In this document: positions 1-8,553 of the stretch, one piece after another | Layout: each line of letters opens with the position of its first letter | How positions within the stretch are numbered: the stretch's first letter is position 1 | Assembly (NCBI GenBank): GCA_018400815.1 | Contig: JAGYLS010000011.1 | Span: 1-38,140, forward strand | Origin: Candidatus Oleincola secundus | Lineage (GTDB): Bacteria; Atribacterota; Phoenicimicrobiia; Phoenicimicrobiales; Stramentimicrobiaceae | DNA length: 38,140 bases | Reading direction: 5' to 3' | Notes under the pieces: model-generated | Database searches by the model: none | What the model was told of the DNA's origin: nothing | The model's input: the letters and a program-made list of their open reading frames with translations, nothing else | Translations under genes and position numbers: made by a program

Positions 1-120
1 GAACCTCTAAAAGAGGTTTAGTTTTTTATGGAACGATCATATGTTTTTTTCTAGCTCCTTTCAGTATTATTGTACTCTTTATTCAACCTGAATCAATTTT
101 TTATGTTTTATACTAAAACC
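1..120 (-). repeat. Partial third copy of the hairpin-bounded intergenic repeat (right part, cut by the window edge)
   Basis: The reverse complement ends ...AAAAAACTAAACCTCTTTTAGAGGTTC, matching AAACCTTTTTAGGGGTTC (10541-10558) and AAGCCACTTTTAGAGGCTTC (32788-32807). It also shares AGGTT(G/A)AATAAAA and GAAA(G/A)GAGCT motifs with those copies. The 23-bp left hairpin is not seen. Confidence 0.6.
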
Positions 121-293
121 TGTTGATACTTTGGTAATTTTAAAATTATTGAGATTTATTATATATCTTAATTAACTTTTGTTCACTTCTACAGAAACTA
201 TAACACAGGCTCAATTATCTGCTATCCAAAAATAATAAACATTATGATACCATTCTAATATGTTTATGTTTTCACAAAAGATTTAAAAATTCC

Positions 294-323
294 TTGACAA
301 TACTTCAGGAGTATATTTATAAT
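294..323 (+). promoter_or_regulatory. sigma70/sigmaA-type promoter of the tetR-MMPL operon
   Basis: TTGACA (294-299), 18 nt spacer, TATAAT (318-323). The spacer contains the imperfect palindrome ATACTTCAGGAGTAT. Confidence 0.7.
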
Positions 324-380
324 AAAAAAGAAACTTAATATACTATAATAGTTTTTATATTTTATAATTTTGGTACATAT

Positions 381-980
381 ATGTTAAAAGACCAATATAA
401 TAATATTAGAAAAAGAATATTATCGGCTGCAAGGAAATCCTTCTTCAGTTTTGGTTATTCCAAAGTAACAATGGATGAATTGGCCATAGAGCTTCAAATG
501 AGTAAAAAAACTCTTTATCAATTCTTTAAAAGTAAAGATCGCTTACTGGAATCTGTTATTTATGATTTCTTCGGCGAATTTCAGGAGAAGATTGATCAAA
601 TCATAAAAGAAAAAAATGACAGTGGATTAGGTGTCCTAAAGCAATTCATGTCTTTGGTGCAATCACAAATTTCACAATTCAACATAAAGGCCTTTGAAGA
701 TATTCGTAAAAACAATCCAGATGCCTGGCAAGTCATTAGCTATCTTCGAGAAAAAATGATTAACAACCAATTAAGGGAATTACTTAAACAGGGTAAAAAA
801 GAAGGAACTGTGCGCAAGGATATTGACCTTGACATTATCGTCCTGGTCATTCTTAATACAGTGCAATCAATTGCAATTCCGGAAGTGATATCAAAATTTT
901 CCTATTCAACTGAAGAAGTCATTGAAATGCTTGCCAAACTCGTTATTTATGGTATCTCAAAATCAGAAAATATAGGTTAG
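381..980 (+). CDS. TetR/AcrR family transcriptional regulator
   Basis: N-terminal TetR HTH (ILSAARKSFFSFGYSKVTMDELAIELQMSKKTLYQFFKSKD); 199 aa. Confidence 0.93.
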   Translation: MLKDQYNNIRKRILSAARKSFFSFGYSKVTMDELAIELQMSKKTLYQFFKSKDRLLESVIYDFFGEFQEKIDQIIKEKNDSGLGVLKQFMSLVQSQISQFNIKAFEDIRKNNPDAWQVISYLREKMINNQLRELLKQGKKEGTVRKDIDLDIIVLVILNTVQSIAIPEVISKFSYSTEEVIEMLAKLVIYGISKSENIG

Positions 981-1057
981 TTTTTTGAAGAAAGAATGTT
1001 TACTTGAATATTTTTTTCTATCACAAAATATAAAGCATATGGGGGAAGTACGTATAG

Positions 1058-3844
1058 ATGGTGAAACAATTAGCTAAATTCATTACTACACATTCCAAAT
1101 TTATCATTGCCTTGGTTTTAGTTATAACTATATTAGGAATTACCCAGATTGGCAGTTTAAAAGTGGAAGATGATATTACTAAATACCTATCCGAAAATGA
1201 TCCAGAGATTCAATTTTATCAGAAAGTTTCAGAGAAATTTGGAAAATATGATGAAAATCTCACCCTGGTATCCCTTGAATATGATAATCTATTTGAACTT
1301 GACAATTTAAAAAACTTTAAACTAATTACTGAACAGCTAGAAAAATCTGACTATATAGTTTCAGTTAATTCATTTCTGAATATGCCAAAAATTATCGCTA
1401 CTGATTTTGGTATTGAAGTAAGAGAATTTGTTGAAGCTTTTCCTGAATCAGAAGAAGAGGCATTGGAATTAAAAAAAGCTGCTCTCGGAGATGACTTGAT
1501 AAAAGGTGCTTATTTGTCTTCAGACGGTCAAGTGGTTTTAGTTATGATAGAATCTCCGGATAATGTAAATGGAACTCTGTTAAGAAAAGATATAGAAAAT
1601 ATTATCAATAAATATAAAAAAAATATAAACCACATAGAAAGCTTCGGCATTCCTATTATGGAAGCACAAATCACTGAAATGGCTTTAAATAATATGTCCT
1701 TAGCTATTATAGCTGCAATTGTGATGCTAATTCTTCTTTATTATTGTTTTAGGAGTATCCAGGGAACTTTTTTACCGGTTTTAGTCGCTCTCCTAACCTC
1801 TTTTTGGCTATTGAGTTCAGTAGCATTATCAGGCAGAACAGTAACTATTGTTATATCTGCTATTCCGATTATCATGCTCTCTTTGGTAACTGCCTATGGG
1901 ATTCATTTTATCAGCAGATACTATGAGCAAAGACATTTTCTATCTCCCAGGGATGCAATTGAAAAGAGCATAGAATTTGTTTTTATCCCTATCATGATGA
2001 GTGCTTTAACTACTATGGCAGGATTTGCTTCTCTTGTTACGGCAGTAGTAAGACCAATGACTGAATTTGGTGTCTTTGCCACAATAGGTATCTTTGTAGC
2101 TTTTCTTTTAGTTATTTTTCTACTGGGAGCTCTTTTCAATCTCTTTACACCAAAGAAGGTACCTGATAATTTTTCTTATCATGCCAATGACCTGGTTACC
2201 AAAATTCTAAAGGTTATCGCCAGATCTATTATCAATAAAAGGTATTTGGTAATTGGATTTATTTTGACTGTGGTAATTTTCTCAATTATTTTTTCCTTCC
2301 AGGTTAAACCCGATTCTTCCATTGAAAGCAGACTGGGAGAAAACAACCCAATTACTAAAACGATGGATTACTTCAAAGAGAAATTCGGTGGTGTAGATTT
2401 CCTCTATGTTTACATAGAAGCAGATTATGTTAAACATCCTTATATTTTGAGGAACATTGATAAAATCCAAAATTATGCCAGACGACTCCCTTCCCTGGCA
2501 CAGCCATCTTCTATTACTACCTTTGTTGCTCAACTCAATGAGGCTATGGAAAATAAAAAGATTATTCCAGCCAATCCTGATAAGATCGATAACCTCTGGT
2601 TCTTTGCCGGAGATAATGAAAACATTAATTCTATGATTGCAAATCAGGATCAAAACACCATCTTGCAAATACGCTCTCGAGAAATGACTTCTCTGGCTGT
2701 AGATCAATCTATCAGAAAGATAGACCAATTTATCCAAAAACTCCCTAAACCTGTCAAGGAAGTAAATTTGAATCAATTAACAAACCAAGAAAAACAGCAG
2801 TACTATCCCTATATTGCTGAGGATATTGTCAGTTCCTGGCAGGCAAACGGTCTGAGTACTCATAATACAGAAGAGCTTAAGAAATTACTTATTGAAATTG
2901 CCGGTCTGCCTGATGAAGACTTTGTCCAACCAGAAGATGATTTTATAGAGGAAGTGATTATTCTATCAGCTTTGGAACTGGAAGATTTTGGTGTCTCAAC
3001 AACCGACATGCGGCCAATTATTGCAGAATACCTGGAAGTCTATCCTGAAGATGGTATTTTCATTGAGAGTTTAGGACAACATGAGATACTTGAAGAAGAT
3101 GCTGAGTACTTAAAAGAGGTTATTGACAGCTCCATTGCCATTGCCGCAGAGCGGGAGAGAATCTCATATGCTCAAATTGAAATTACCAAGATACTCGATC
3201 AGGAGCTAAGCAAGGAAGATGCAAATTATCTCTGGTATCTAACCGATGATTATGTTTATGTTCCTGATGCTGAGGGAGAAATCAATTTTTCTTACAGACT
3301 TACTGGAATTCCAGTTATTACAAACCAGGTCAACCAGAGTGTTTTTCAGGGGCAGATCAAAAGTATGCTTACTGCGTTTGTTTTAGTCTTTATATTGCTA
3401 ATTTTACAGTTTGGTTCTCTCTGGATCGGCCTTACTGCCATGATCCCGATTATTTTTACCATCTTAACCGCATTTGGTATAATGGGAGTCCTGGGTATTT
3501 CGCTTAACATAGGCACTATGATGGTCGCGAGTATTGCCATCGGGGCCGGAATTGATTACACAATTCATTTTATCAATCGTTATAAGCTGGAATTAAAAGA
3601 ATATGATCAGATCAAGGCCATGAAGGTTACCTTAACCGGTACAGGCAGAGCTATCGTCTTTAATTCTATTTCCGTAGCAGCGGGATTATTTGTCCTGGCT
3701 TTTTCTGAAATTAATATGATTTCAGAATTCGCCAAACTTATCGGAAGTGTGATGTTGATAAGCGTGGTCTATACCCTTTTGTTGCTACCATTATTATTAA
3801 AATTAGTAAAATTCAAGGAGGAGAAAAATGATAAACAAATCTAA
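1058..3844 (+). CDS. MMPL family (RND superfamily) transporter
   Basis: Two repeats of one TM, a large extracytoplasmic loop and a 5-TM bundle. Motifs MSALTTMAGFASL and GAGIDYTIHF. Confidence 0.9.
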   Translation: MVKQLAKFITTHSKFIIALVLVITILGITQIGSLKVEDDITKYLSENDPEIQFYQKVSEKFGKYDENLTLVSLEYDNLFELDNLKNFKLITEQLEKSDYIVSVNSFLNMPKIIATDFGIEVREFVEAFPESEEEALELKKAALGDDLIKGAYLSSDGQVVLVMIESPDNVNGTLLRKDIENIINKYKKNINHIESFGIPIMEAQITEMALNNMSLAIIAAIVMLILLYYCFRSIQGTFLPVLVALLTSFWLLSSVALSGRTVTIVISAIPIIMLSLVTAYGIHFISRYYEQRHFLSPRDAIEKSIEFVFIPIMMSALTTMAGFASLVTAVVRPMTEFGVFATIGIFVAFLLVIFLLGALFNLFTPKKVPDNFSYHANDLVTKILKVIARSIINKRYLVIGFILTVVIFSIIFSFQVKPDSSIESRLGENNPITKTMDYFKEKFGGVDFLYVYIEADYVKHPYILRNIDKIQNYARRLPSLAQPSSITTFVAQLNEAMENKKIIPANPDKIDNLWFFAGDNENINSMIANQDQNTILQIRSREMTSLAVDQSIRKIDQFIQKLPKPVKEVNLNQLTNQEKQQYYPYIAEDIVSSWQANGLSTHNTEELKKLLIEIAGLPDEDFVQPEDDFIEEVIILSALELEDFGVSTTDMRPIIAEYLEVYPEDGIFIESLGQHEILEEDAEYLKEVIDSSIAIAAERERISYAQIEITKILDQELSKEDANYLWYLTDDYVYVPDAEGEINFSYRLTGIPVITNQVNQSVFQGQIKSMLTAFVLVFILLILQFGSLWIGLTAMIPIIFTILTAFGIMGVLGISLNIGTMMVASIAIGAGIDYTIHFINRYKLELKEYDQIKAMKVTLTGTGRAIVFNSISVAAGLFVLAFSEINMISEFAKLIGSVMLISVVYTLLLLPLLLKLVKFKEEKNDKQI

Positions 3845-4613
3845 ATGTTTATTTCTTATTCTTATTACTTTAGTTCTATTGCTTGGTCTAAACTTCTCGA
3901 TCTGTGCTGCCCAACAGCTAACCGCTGATGAGATTATTGATAAGGTCAGAGAAAACCAGATGGACTATGAAAACAGCAAGACCCAGGCCGAAATGATTCT
4001 AATCGATGAGGACGGCAAACAGGAGACAAGAGAAATTATCATGTTTGAAAAAGAGGAAGAAGATGACAAAATCACTATGCTGATGCGCTTTCTCTCTCCC
4101 AAGTCAGTAGAAGGAGTAACCCTGTTAAGTATTGAAAACGGAGATAAAATTTATCTTTACATGCCCGCTTATCAAAAACCCCGGAGAATTGCCGGTTCCT
4201 CTAAACAGGAGAACTTTATGGGAACAGACTTCTCCTATGAAGATCTCAGCATGGATTACCAGAATGAAGAATACCATAAAGAATTACTGAAAGAAACCGA
4301 GGAACAATTTGTGTTGGAAGTGATTCCTGATGATGAAGACACTTCCTACAGCAAATTTGTACTCTACGTTAATAAGAAACAATTCTATGTAGAGAAAGTA
4401 GAATTCTATGACCTGGACGAACAGCTGGGTAAGACTCTGGTGATCAAAGAAGTAAAATTTGATGATGAGGGCAAATTCACACCCATGGAGATGGAGATGA
4501 ATGACATTATTGACAAACATCAAACCCAGATGAATATCAAAGAGATCGAATACAACCTGGATCTCTCAGACAGTTTCTTTACTATCCGCACCTTGCAGAA
4601 ACCAAGGTTGTAA
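3828..4613 (+). CDS. Outer membrane lipoprotein-sorting (LolA-like) protein
   Basis: Signal peptide; family motifs MRFLSPKSVEGVTLL, YLYMPAYQKPRRI and FMGTDFSYEDL. Overlaps the MMPL stop codon; RBS AAGGAG. Confidence 0.85.
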   Translation: MINKSKCLFLILITLVLLLGLNFSICAAQQLTADEIIDKVRENQMDYENSKTQAEMILIDEDGKQETREIIMFEKEEEDDKITMLMRFLSPKSVEGVTLLSIENGDKIYLYMPAYQKPRRIAGSSKQENFMGTDFSYEDLSMDYQNEEYHKELLKETEEQFVLEVIPDDEDTSYSKFVLYVNKKQFYVEKVEFYDLDEQLGKTLVIKEVKFDDEGKFTPMEMEMNDIIDKHQTQMNIKEIEYNLDLSDSFFTIRTLQKPRL

Positions 4614-4627
4614 TAACAGGAGGAATA

Positions 4628-5860
4628 TTGATGAATTCTAAATATTACCCAGGCATTCTCTTTTTGCTTAGCATAATGATACTGTGTACTCTACCGGGAC
4701 TGGCATTTGATACCTCACAGACATTAGAGTATGAGGGTTCCTATCTTCTCTCACAGCAGAGAATAAATCATACTCTCACATTCAATATTGACTATTTCCA
4801 GGAAATCACAGATGATATCTTTCTGGAAGGAGATCTGCTTGTACGAACCAGCAATAAAGAATATGCCCGTCCCTTTATGATCGGACCCAATGAACTCTAT
4901 CTCAGTGGCTACAACGTAATTGATAATCTAGACATCAAGGCAGGTAAAGTTATTACCCGCTGGGGGGCAGCTGACTTGTTCAGCCCCCTGGATAATTTTA
5001 ATCCTATGCCACCGGAGGCATCACTGAGCAAACAACCGGATAAGCTGGGTGCCTTGGGAATTAGTGCTACCTATTACCTGGATTACTCCACCTATCTCCA
5101 GGGAGTCTTGCTACCTAAGCTGAAGGTCACACCTTATCCTGATGAGTATCTGAAAGACAGCTACCTGGCAAACTATGGTGCTACTTTACAGGGTCCTGGT
5201 GTAGATAATGTGGTACTTACCTACCAAGAAGCGGAAAATATGGTCTGGGGACTGCGTTTAACTCACAGCTTCCCATCTTTTGATGCTGCTATCAGTTATT
5301 ATCGGGGTTACTACATGGACCCCTTCCCGGTCAGCCTGTCAGCCTCCTCGGGAGTTAATATGGAAATTACCCTGGGTTATCCGGCCAAACAGGTTCTCGG
5401 ACTGGAGTTTCAGGGAGAATTCCCCGGGATCGAAGGGGCAACCTTGCGAGGAGACCTGGCCTATATTATTCCACAGAGTTGGGAATTCCAGGGAGATACC
5501 ATGCTGGAAGAACCCTACCTACAGGCAGTGATCGGAGCAGACTATACCACTGATTCAAATCTGTACCTGAACGGTGGTTTTATTTATGGGCTCCCCTTTG
5601 AAAGAGGTAATAAATCCTCCCCTTACATCTATCTCAATGCCAAGCAGGAGATAGATGACAGTGACTTTACACCCTCCTATGCAGGCATCCTGAGTCTGAG
5701 CGATATGAGTATGGTAAACAACATTGGATTAGACTATCAGCTCACAGAAAGCGTAACGGCAACCATGTCTTATTCTTTCCTGTTGGGAGAAGAACAGTCC
5801 AAATTAGGTCAATTTAAGCGTTCTCAGGGTCTTTATTTCACACTGGAATGGCTGTTTTAA
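4628..5860 (+). CDS. Putative outer-membrane beta-barrel protein (DUF1302-like)
   Basis: Signal peptide, KAGKVITRWGAADLFSPLDNFNP motif, amphipathic beta-strands, and a C-terminal aromatic beta-signal (LYFTLEWLF). Confidence 0.65.
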   Translation: MMNSKYYPGILFLLSIMILCTLPGLAFDTSQTLEYEGSYLLSQQRINHTLTFNIDYFQEITDDIFLEGDLLVRTSNKEYARPFMIGPNELYLSGYNVIDNLDIKAGKVITRWGAADLFSPLDNFNPMPPEASLSKQPDKLGALGISATYYLDYSTYLQGVLLPKLKVTPYPDEYLKDSYLANYGATLQGPGVDNVVLTYQEAENMVWGLRLTHSFPSFDAAISYYRGYYMDPFPVSLSASSGVNMEITLGYPAKQVLGLEFQGEFPGIEGATLRGDLAYIIPQSWEFQGDTMLEEPYLQAVIGADYTTDSNLYLNGGFIYGLPFERGNKSSPYIYLNAKQEIDDSDFTPSYAGILSLSDMSMVNNIGLDYQLTESVTATMSYSFLLGEEQSKLGQFKRSQGLYFTLEWLF

Positions 5861-5925
5861 AGTAGTAAGCGTAGGAATTATCTAAGATATTTAAATCAAA
5901 GGCAGTCCTACGCTTTTGCAGTAAT

Positions 5926-6498
5926 TTATTTGATTAGTTCTTTCCCTACCGAAAATCCCTTGCCTAAAAATTTCCCTATAGAATAATATTCCCTTACTTC
6001 AGGAATATAGAAAACCGGCTCAAAATTACTCCCTAAAATTTTACTATTTTCGTCAAGCAAATTTTCATCGATTTTAATATCCATAATTTCTCCGATAAAT
6101 TCAGTGTGTAACCCAATCTCAATTTCATGAATTACTTTACATTCCAATATTATGGGAAATTCTTTTCCATATGGGGCATCGATAATATCACTCTTTACCG
6201 GCGTAATTCCGGTTTTTTCAAATTTATTGTATTCACGGCCTGATACAATACCATAAAAATCTGCCTCTTCTAAATGTTCCTTAAAAAGTATATTAACCGT
6301 AAAAGCCTTATGGGAGGCAATATTATTATAGGAATAAGTTGCCTTTCTTAAAGAGACATTAACACAGGGTGGCTTTGAACAGCATATTCCTCCCCAGGCA
6401 CAAGCCATTAAATTTGGTTGAAAATCTTTGTCATAACTCCCTACAATAAGTACCGGTACAGCAGCTAAAAATGGTTTTGCACCAATTGATTTCTTCAT
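5926..6498 (-). CDS. Flavin reductase family protein (DIM6/NTAB-like, flavoredoxin-like)
   Basis: Motifs PVLIVGSYD..PNLMACAWGG, FTVNI and LECKVIHEIEIGLHTEFIGEI; RBS AGGAGG. Confidence 0.9.
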   Translation of the reverse strand: MKKSIGAKPFLAAVPVLIVGSYDKDFQPNLMACAWGGICCSKPPCVNVSLRKATYSYNNIASHKAFTVNILFKEHLEEADFYGIVSGREYNKFEKTGITPVKSDIIDAPYGKEFPIILECKVIHEIEIGLHTEFIGEIMDIKIDENLLDENSKILGSNFEPVFYIPEVREYYSIGKFLGKGFSVGKELIK

Positions 6499-6682
6499 TG
6501 TATCCTCCTATTGCTTTCTTTAAAATTTTGTCTTTTTTATTTCTTGTATCTATGTTTATTTTAACAAAACCTAACTATTTATTCTACACCATTCTTCCCT
6601 GGTATGTTATAATATTTGGTGTCATTCATTTTGACAAATAAAATCCCAAAAATCTTTGATTTTTGTTAAAGGAGCTTAGCTA

Positions 6683-7855
6683 TTGAAAAACAATAAAGAC
6701 ATTCATCATATTTCGCTGGATGATAAAGATATTTTCTTAATCGGCACAGCGCATGTATCCAAAACAAGTGCTGAAACAGTAAAAACTTTCATCGAGGAAG
6801 AGAAACCTGATTCTGTTTGCGTTGAGCTCTGTTCATCGCGTTTTCAATCCATTACCAACCCGGATAAATGGAAAGAAATGGACATTATTACTATTATCAA
6901 ACAGAAAAGGTCTCTTCTTTTACTGGTTAATTTAATTCTTTCAGCTTTTCAAAAAAGGTTAGCACGTCAATTGGGTATAAATCCGGGACAGGAAATGATT
7001 CAGGCAATCCAATCAGCCAAAGAAAATAATATTAAACTCATTTTAGCTGATCGTGATATCCAGATAACTTTTACCAGAATCTGGAAAAAATTAAGTCTTT
7101 TTGGAAAATTACGTCTATTTTTTATGCTATTGCTAAGTATGTTCAATAAAGAAGAGATTTCGGAAGAAGAGATAGAAAAACTAAAATCTGAAGATATACT
7201 TACTGCCGCTTTACAGGATTTATCCACTTCATTCCCACGGCTAAAGAATACTTTGATTGATGAACGTGATCAATATCTGGCAGAAAAAATAAAAAATTCG
7301 CCCGGTAAAAAAATAGTAGCTGTAATAGGAGCAGGTCATGTTCCCGGAATTAAGCAGGAAATTTTCAAGACTCACAATATGAATGATTTAACTTATATTC
7401 CCAAAAGTGCTAACTGGACTAAATGGATTTTATGGGCAATTCCTATTGTAATTATACTTATTGTTATCTTAACTTTTACGATATCTCCTCCCAGTGGGTT
7501 TAATCAAATATTACATTGGCTTATATGGAATGGATCTCTTGCTGCACTGGGAACATTCATTGCAGCCGGTCATCCTTTTTCTATATTAACGGCTTTTCTG
7601 GTGGCTCCAATTAGTTCTTTGAACCCATTATTAGCTGCTGGCTGGTTTGCTGGAATTGTAGAAGCTTTAATTCGGAAACCAAAGGTTGATGATTTTGAAA
7701 AATTGGGAGATATGGTTACTTTTGGTGATTTCTTTCGAAACAGGGTTACCAAAATACTACTAATAGTGGCCCTGGCAAATCTAGGCAGCTCGCTGGGAAC
7801 TTTTATTGGCGGTGCCAAAGTAATTCAAATATTTATTGATACAATTTCATTATAA
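6683..7855 (+). CDS. TraB/PrgY/GumN family (pheromone-shutdown-like) membrane protein
   Basis: Motifs LIGTAHVS, VCVELC, PGQEM, LIDERDQYLA and VAVIGAGHVPGI, plus C-terminal TM helices. TTG start with AAGGAG RBS. Confidence 0.9.
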   Translation: MKNNKDIHHISLDDKDIFLIGTAHVSKTSAETVKTFIEEEKPDSVCVELCSSRFQSITNPDKWKEMDIITIIKQKRSLLLLVNLILSAFQKRLARQLGINPGQEMIQAIQSAKENNIKLILADRDIQITFTRIWKKLSLFGKLRLFFMLLLSMFNKEEISEEEIEKLKSEDILTAALQDLSTSFPRLKNTLIDERDQYLAEKIKNSPGKKIVAVIGAGHVPGIKQEIFKTHNMNDLTYIPKSANWTKWILWAIPIVIILIVILTFTISPPSGFNQILHWLIWNGSLAALGTFIAAGHPFSILTAFLVAPISSLNPLLAAGWFAGIVEALIRKPKVDDFEKLGDMVTFGDFFRNRVTKILLIVALANLGSSLGTFIGGAKVIQIFIDTISL

Positions 7856-7876
7856 TAAAGATTGCTATCTTTATTT

Positions 7877-7912
7877 AAAAAAGCTATTGCCTTGCAAGGC
7901 AATAGCTTTTTT
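7877..7912. terminator. Bidirectional intrinsic terminator
   Basis: Perfect 36-bp palindrome AAAAAAGCTATTGCCTTG/CAAGGCAATAGCTTTTTT between convergent genes, with T-tracts on both strands. Confidence 0.85.
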
Positions 7913-8006
7913 ATTTCCCGGGCAATTTAAAACAGCTAATTTGTTTCTAGTTCCCAACGAATCAAATCCATAAAAAAGCCTCCTTTTTATTTTATCTAAA
8001 TATGTT

Positions 8007-8420
8007 TTACATAAAATAATCAAGCAACATTCTTAATGAATTTTTAATCATGTTCATCTCTTCATCAGAAAAGTTTTTTTCAATATCCTGTTCCAATTGT
8101 TCGTGATTTTTATTAATCTCTCTTTTTACCTTCCACCCCTTATCGGATAATGTAATAGCTACTGTACGTCGATCTTGTATTTTTGTTTTGCGAATAAAAT
8201 AACCTTTTCGAACCAGATTATCAATCACACGACTGCTCCTTGATGGTGATATATCCATTGCCTTGGCCATTTCCTGGCAGGTCATTGCCTGTCCATTTTT
8301 TTGTGCCATGATACCTCTGTACTCGGCAATAGAAAGATTACAAATCATTTTCATATGTTCTTTATCAAGCACCCTATTCAACTTAAGTTTGACAATCAGA
8401 TTTAAAATATTTTCAGACAT
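8007..8420 (-). CDS. MarR family transcriptional regulator
   Basis: Winged HTH (MTCQEMAKAMDISPSRSSRVIDNLVRKGYF..DRRTVAITLSDKG). Start moved to the ATG at 8420, which has RBS TAAGGAT 6 nt upstream; the ORF track starts at 8447. Confidence 0.88.
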   Translation of the reverse strand: MSENILNLIVKLKLNRVLDKEHMKMICNLSIAEYRGIMAQKNGQAMTCQEMAKAMDISPSRSSRVIDNLVRKGYFIRKTKIQDRRTVAITLSDKGWKVKREINKNHEQLEQDIEKNFSDEEMNMIKNSLRMLLDYFM

Positions 8421-8434
8421 GTTTATATCCTTAC

Positions 8435-8510
8435 ATGTTAGTAACATTATATGCTATTAGCATATTATATTTTCTAATATTAATTATAGGAAAAATAATC
8501 GAATTGTCAA
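8435..8510 (-). promoter_or_regulatory. marR promoter with two tandem palindromic operators
   Basis: Minus-strand TTGACA (8510-8505), 16 nt spacer, TATAAT (8488-8483). Palindromes ATGTTA-G-TAACAT (8435-8447) and ATATGCTA-T-TAGCATAT (8449-8465) lie between the promoter and the RBS. Confidence 0.7.
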
Positions 8511-8553
8511 GAGTTTTTTATGACAATCTTTTTTATGACAATATGTGAATATT

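Noticed and set aside
31..47. GAACGATCATATGTTTT as a possible third LexA box
   Set aside because: Only the CATATGTTT half matches, the spacing is wrong, and it lies inside the repeat element.
1921..5531. Short antisense or alternate-frame ORFs inside the MMPL operon (1921-2139, 2282-2776, 3346-3540, 4284-4523, 5280-5531)
   Set aside because: They are shadows of long, well-supported genes and have no recognisable motifs.
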